Source: an uncultured virus (IMG/VR IMGVR_UViG_3300037067_004081) (lineage: Duplodnaviria; Heunggongvirae; Uroviricota; Caudoviricetes). Taken from it: a stretch of 20,000 nt of DNA. Position numbers and translations under genes: made by a program. The notes under the pieces are model-generated. The model did not search any database and was not told the origin of the DNA. It worked only from the letters and a program-made list of their open reading frames with translations. This document shows positions 16,722 to 20,000 of the stretch, piece after piece. Position 1 is the stretch's first letter. Every line of letters starts with the position of its first letter. The stretch lies in the IMG/VR virus record IMGVR_UViG_3300037067_004081; one strand, written 5' to 3'.

Positions 16722-16790
16722 GCAGAGTGGGCCCAGGAGCACAACCTGGGCTTAATGCGCTGGCCTTTGGCCAATCAGTCACAAGCCTGA
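16722..16790 (+). ncRNA. Twister ribozyme, copy 6
   Basis: P1 GCCCAGG/CCTGGGC, P3 TGGCC/GGCCA, P4 TCAG/CTGA. Predicted cut 16753/16754. Confidence 0.85.
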
Positions 16791-16800
16791 ATCCAGTATA

Positions 16801-16927
16801 GACAAATGCAGCCTAAAGCTGATATGTCAAAATGTCTTCTCCAGGTGACTGAGAAGGCGCATTCAGTTGAGCAGAGGCAGCTGCTGATTCGATAATCAGA
16901 AGGTGGCACAGCGTCCACCACCTCTGC
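16801..16927 (+). ncRNA. Candidate structured RNA downstream of twister 6
   Basis: Hairpin TGTCTTCTC/GAGAAGGCG (16833-59, with G-U pairs). Three-way junction GCAGAGG/CCTCTGC (16871-927) enclosing CTGATT/AATCAG and GGTGG/CCACC. Confidence 0.45.
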
Positions 16928-16956
16928 AGCAATCATATATATAAGGAGATAACAAA

Positions 16957-17532
16957 ATGGCGTCCATAGAAGAAAGAAAAGTGAAGTTGCTTAGGGAATT
17001 GCGATCTGAGCTGATGTGCAGAGGCTTGATGGTTGCATCGGATTTGGGGAGCGTTGATGGCATGGCGATAAAGTTTAACATCATGGTTGATGGCATGGTG
17101 CTGATTGCCCAATGGGTGACAAAGAGTGGCATCCACCGCTATCACTACAATGATCTTGGTGTTGAACCGCTTGCCAACTTCCTAGTCAAGACTCTTGATG
17201 AAGCTTATAGGCCAATAGTCATTGACAGAACAAAGTCTGCAGCTGTGCCTCCACAGGCCAAACCGCAGCAGAAGAAACATCCGATCACTGGCCCAGGATT
17301 TGTGATGGGTGATAAGCCAAAGCAGAAGTTCACAGGTGCTAGGGTGGCAGATCCTGTCACCATTAGTCGTGAGCAATATCAGGAATATATCGAACTGAAA
17401 CAGAGAGCAGAGAATGGGGTGTTCATATCCAACCAAGCTTTTGAAGATATCAAATATGGATACATCCCGCCAAAGCAAAGGGAAGAGTTGAACCGGCAAA
17501 TGAATCATCTGATAAGGAGTATGTCAGTATGA
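16957..17532 (+). CDS. Hypothetical protein (191 aa)
   Basis: TAAGGAG RBS; ATGA overlap with the helicase gene. Confidence 0.75.
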   Translation: MASIEERKVKLLRELRSELMCRGLMVASDLGSVDGMAIKFNIMVDGMVLIAQWVTKSGIHRYHYNDLGVEPLANFLVKTLDEAYRPIVIDRTKSAAVPPQAKPQQKKHPITGPGFVMGDKPKQKFTGARVADPVTISREQYQEYIELKQRAENGVFISNQAFEDIKYGYIPPKQREELNRQMNHLIRSMSV

Positions 17533-19274
17533 AGCTTGAATATAGTCCATCATTAAAGATGTACATCTGCACCTCTTCTGTTGCAGAGAAGGACATCCCA
17601 AAGCAGGCTGGTTTTATTTGGGACAGGATGTGCTCGAAACATTGGGCCACAAAAGATCCTGAGAAGGCATCAAAGCTTGCGCGGTGGGCTTCTCCTGCTT
17701 GTCGGCAGCAGCTTGAAATCGACCTGAAGGCACAACAGGAGATGATTGGGCTGTCATCAGCAACTGATGCAAATATCAATCTTCCTGTGCCAAAGGGAAT
17801 GGAATATTTTGGATATCAAAAGGCAGGAATTCTGTTTTCCTGGCAAAAGAAAAGAACCTATATTGGTGATGAGATGGGGTTGGGAAAAACCATTCAAGCC
17901 ATCGGATTGATCAATGCTGAACCCAGGATCAGAAATGTGTTGGTGGTGACAAAGGCCAGCTTGCGCGTCAACTGGAGGAATGAGTTGCTGAAGTGGTTGG
18001 TTAGAAAGGATCTGTCTGTGGGCATGGCTTATGGGAATACATGGCCAGCAGCAGAGGTTGTTGTCATCAACTATGAAATCCTCACCAGGCACAAGACTGC
18101 TATTGATTTCAGGAAATGGGATTTGCTTATTCTTGATGAGGCTCATCTGGTCAAGAATCCAAAGGCAGAGCGCTCCAAGATGATATATGGCTGGATGCCA
18201 AAGGATATTTTGAAGAGGAGTGAAAGAGTGGCACCTGTTGTTGCAGAATATGCGGTGGCGCTGTCTGGTACTCCAATAGAGAATAGGCCAATCGAGTTGT
18301 ATCCAATTCTCAAATATCTTGATCCAATGAACTGGGGAAACTGGTTCAACTTCATCACCAAATTTTGTGATGGCAAGCAGGAAGGCTTTGGATGGAATGT
18401 CAAAGGTAGCTCCAACAAAGAACTGCTGCAGAAGGAACTGCGCAAAACGGTGATGGTAAGAAGGATGAAAAAGGATGTGCTGAAAGACTTGCCACCAAAG
18501 CGCTATCAGGTGATTGAGATACCTGCTGAAGGCAAATTCATCCAGCAGATTGTCAACAGTGAGCTTGCTGAATGGGAAAGGATTACAAGGACAGCAAGAT
18601 CATTCAAGGGTGATATGGTTGATGCTTTTAAGGCAAATGATCATGAGGCATTCAACAAGCTGGTCGGAAAGCTGCTTGGTGATATAAACATCAAGTTCAA
18701 GGAGTTCTCTAAGCAAAGGAAAGAGACTGGCATCAAAAAGTTGCCATACATAAAGGAGTACATCAAAGAACTTTTGGAGGATGAACCTCATAAGATTTTG
18801 GTATTTGGTTATCACCAGGAAGTCATTGAAGACTTGGAAAGGGCATTCCCGTATTGCGCCAAAGTCTATGGACCAACCCCAGCAGACAAGAGGCAAGGGA
18901 TTGTTGACCGATACAACAACACGCCTGACATGTATCCATTCTTTGGTAGCATCGGCGCTGCTGGAGCTGGGCTGAATATTACTTCAGCTTGGCATGTCAT
19001 ATTTGTGGAAGAGGATATTGTGCCAGGAAGAATGTGGCAGGCAGAGGACAGAGCACACCGGATTGGCCAGACAGAATCTGTACTGGTGACACATCTTGTT
19101 TTGGAAGGAAGTCTTGATGCAAAATTGGCCAATATTGCAGCAGGAAAAGGAAGTATAATTGATGTGATTCTTGGGTCAGATCAGTCTACAATAGATGTTG
19201 ATTTTGGAGACTGGGGAAAAGATTTTGTTGATCCTGCCGCAGCAGGCCAACCGTCCAACACCTGTCCATTTTAG
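17529..19274 (+). CDS. SNF2-family (HARP/SMARCAL1-like) helicase/translocase
   Basis: Motifs YQKAG, GDEMGLGKT, INYE, ILDEAH, LSGTP, GLN and QAEDRAHRIGQ. Confidence 0.9.
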   Translation: MKLEYSPSLKMYICTSSVAEKDIPKQAGFIWDRMCSKHWATKDPEKASKLARWASPACRQQLEIDLKAQQEMIGLSSATDANINLPVPKGMEYFGYQKAGILFSWQKKRTYIGDEMGLGKTIQAIGLINAEPRIRNVLVVTKASLRVNWRNELLKWLVRKDLSVGMAYGNTWPAAEVVVINYEILTRHKTAIDFRKWDLLILDEAHLVKNPKAERSKMIYGWMPKDILKRSERVAPVVAEYAVALSGTPIENRPIELYPILKYLDPMNWGNWFNFITKFCDGKQEGFGWNVKGSSNKELLQKELRKTVMVRRMKKDVLKDLPPKRYQVIEIPAEGKFIQQIVNSELAEWERITRTARSFKGDMVDAFKANDHEAFNKLVGKLLGDINIKFKEFSKQRKETGIKKLPYIKEYIKELLEDEPHKILVFGYHQEVIEDLERAFPYCAKVYGPTPADKRQGIVDRYNNTPDMYPFFGSIGAAGAGLNITSAWHVIFVEEDIVPGRMWQAEDRAHRIGQTESVLVTHLVLEGSLDAKLANIAAGKGSIIDVILGSDQSTIDVDFGDWGKDFVDPAAAGQPSNTCPF

Positions 19275-19285
19275 TAAGGGGAATC

Positions 19286-19642
19286 ATGATGCCAAAAAAG
19301 GCTTCAGAAGCAGCTCACCATATAAGACTGAATCCACCTCCACAGGCTTGCTATCGTGGTTTGATATATAAGCCTGTTGGAATTCTTTTGATCAATACAC
19401 CATTCTGGTGTTACCCAGGGATGCAACATCTGTCTGGGGTGGTTTTGTTCCAATCTCTTGGTTCAACTACTGTCCGAATGAGGATGACACGCCCAATCAC
19501 TCATGAGGAATATGTTGATGACATAGGCATATCCACAGGGTCACTTGTACTTGTTGAAGAGGTAGAATATGAAAGACAAAAAACCATTCATCCTAGAAAC
19601 CTATGTGGAAACGCTGGCATGGAAGGCTTTCCAACGCTCTAA
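19286..19642 (+). CDS. Hypothetical protein (118 aa)
   Basis: AAGGGG RBS. Fills the gap after the helicase and overlaps the next gene by 74 nt. Confidence 0.5.
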   Translation: MMPKKASEAAHHIRLNPPPQACYRGLIYKPVGILLINTPFWCYPGMQHLSGVVLFQSLGSTTVRMRMTRPITHEEYVDDIGISTGSLVLVEEVEYERQKTIHPRNLCGNAGMEGFPTL

Positions 19643-20000
19643 AGATCCTGCAAAGGATAGGGAAGACTTTATGCAGGATGCTCAGATTGCCATTCTAAAG
19701 GCTGTGCGGCATTGGAATATTGATGGTGCATCAGTTGATACATATTGCATAACAGCTGTGGTCAATACTCTCAGGAAATCAATCAACAAGGAAAGGAGAA
19801 GACACAATCTTTATCAGAATGAAGTGAGAGATGAAATAGGCAAAAGCATAGTTTTGGAGGGCAGCTATCGTCTTGATTATTTCTACATCAAGGTGCTCGA
19901 TGTTCTTCAGAGTAAAGGGAACATGAGAGCAAAGAACCTGATTGAAGTCTTCTTATCAAAATGCGATGATCTGCAGAATTGCTCAATGAAGCAACTGCGT
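19569..20000 (+). CDS. Phage sigma70-family factor-like protein (partial, runs off window; not in ORF track)
   Basis: GAGGT RBS and 144 open codons: MKDKKPFILETYVETLAWKAF...DREDFMQDAQIAILKAVRHWNIDGASVDTYCITAVVNTLRKSINKE, matching the region-2 pattern EDL.Q...+.L.KA...+....+.TY.....N. Confidence 0.65.
   Translation, partial: MKDKKPFILETYVETLAWKAFQRSKDPAKDREDFMQDAQIAILKAVRHWNIDGASVDTYCITAVVNTLRKSINKERRRHNLYQNEVRDEIGKSIVLEGSYRLDYFYIKVLDVLQSKGNMRAKNLIEVFLSKCDDLQNCSMKQLR

Noticed and set aside
13231..16790. Repeats as a CRISPR array
   Set aside because: The spacers are 0.4-1 kb, contain RBS-led genes and vary widely in length. The repeats have variable internal stems, and no cas genes are present.
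13231..16790. Repeats as integron attC sites, terminators or promoters
   Set aside because: There are no RYYYAAC/GTTRRRY ends or single long palindrome, no U-tracts and no consistent -35/-10 boxes. The conserved bases fit the twister core and its pseudoknots.
443..19132. Minus-strand and nested ORFs in the track
   Set aside because: They are shadows of well-supported + strand genes or of the repeats (e.g. MGTLPSAL at 13287 and 14533), with no recognisable motifs.
1..20000. Stop-codon reassignment
   Set aside because: Genes are intact and densely packed under code 11, and TAA, TAG and TGA are all used as stops.

Overview
A 20-kb segment of a tailed dsDNA phage or prophage genome with all credible genes on the + strand. 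22-7849 is the end of a late module: a 1516-aa modular virion/tail protein carrying an M14 zinc-peptidase domain, a lysis cassette (TIGR02594-like endolysin, probable holin, overlapping spanin-like pair) and two exported Ig/Fn3 proteins. 8361-12664 is a replication module: a candidate origin, a free-standing GIY-YIG endonuclease, a DnaB-like helicase, a primase and an HTH protein. From about 12770 there is an accessory/early operon, then a SNF2/HARP-like helicase and a sigma-factor-like gene running off the end. The main signal is six copies of a ~65-73 nt structured element (GCAGAGTGG-hairpin-TTAATGCGC-hairpin-NAGTCACAAGCCTN) at gene boundaries between 13231 and 16790. By eye it matches the twister self-cleaving ribozyme core in a circularly permuted (P5-open) form, with compensatory changes in P1, P3 and P4. 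This suggests a ribozyme-punctuated gene-cassette operon whose transcript cuts itself into short, possibly circularisable mRNAs. It is preceded by a ~400-nt highly structured leader that may be a large ncRNA. All calls come from motif inspection only; no database searches were run.
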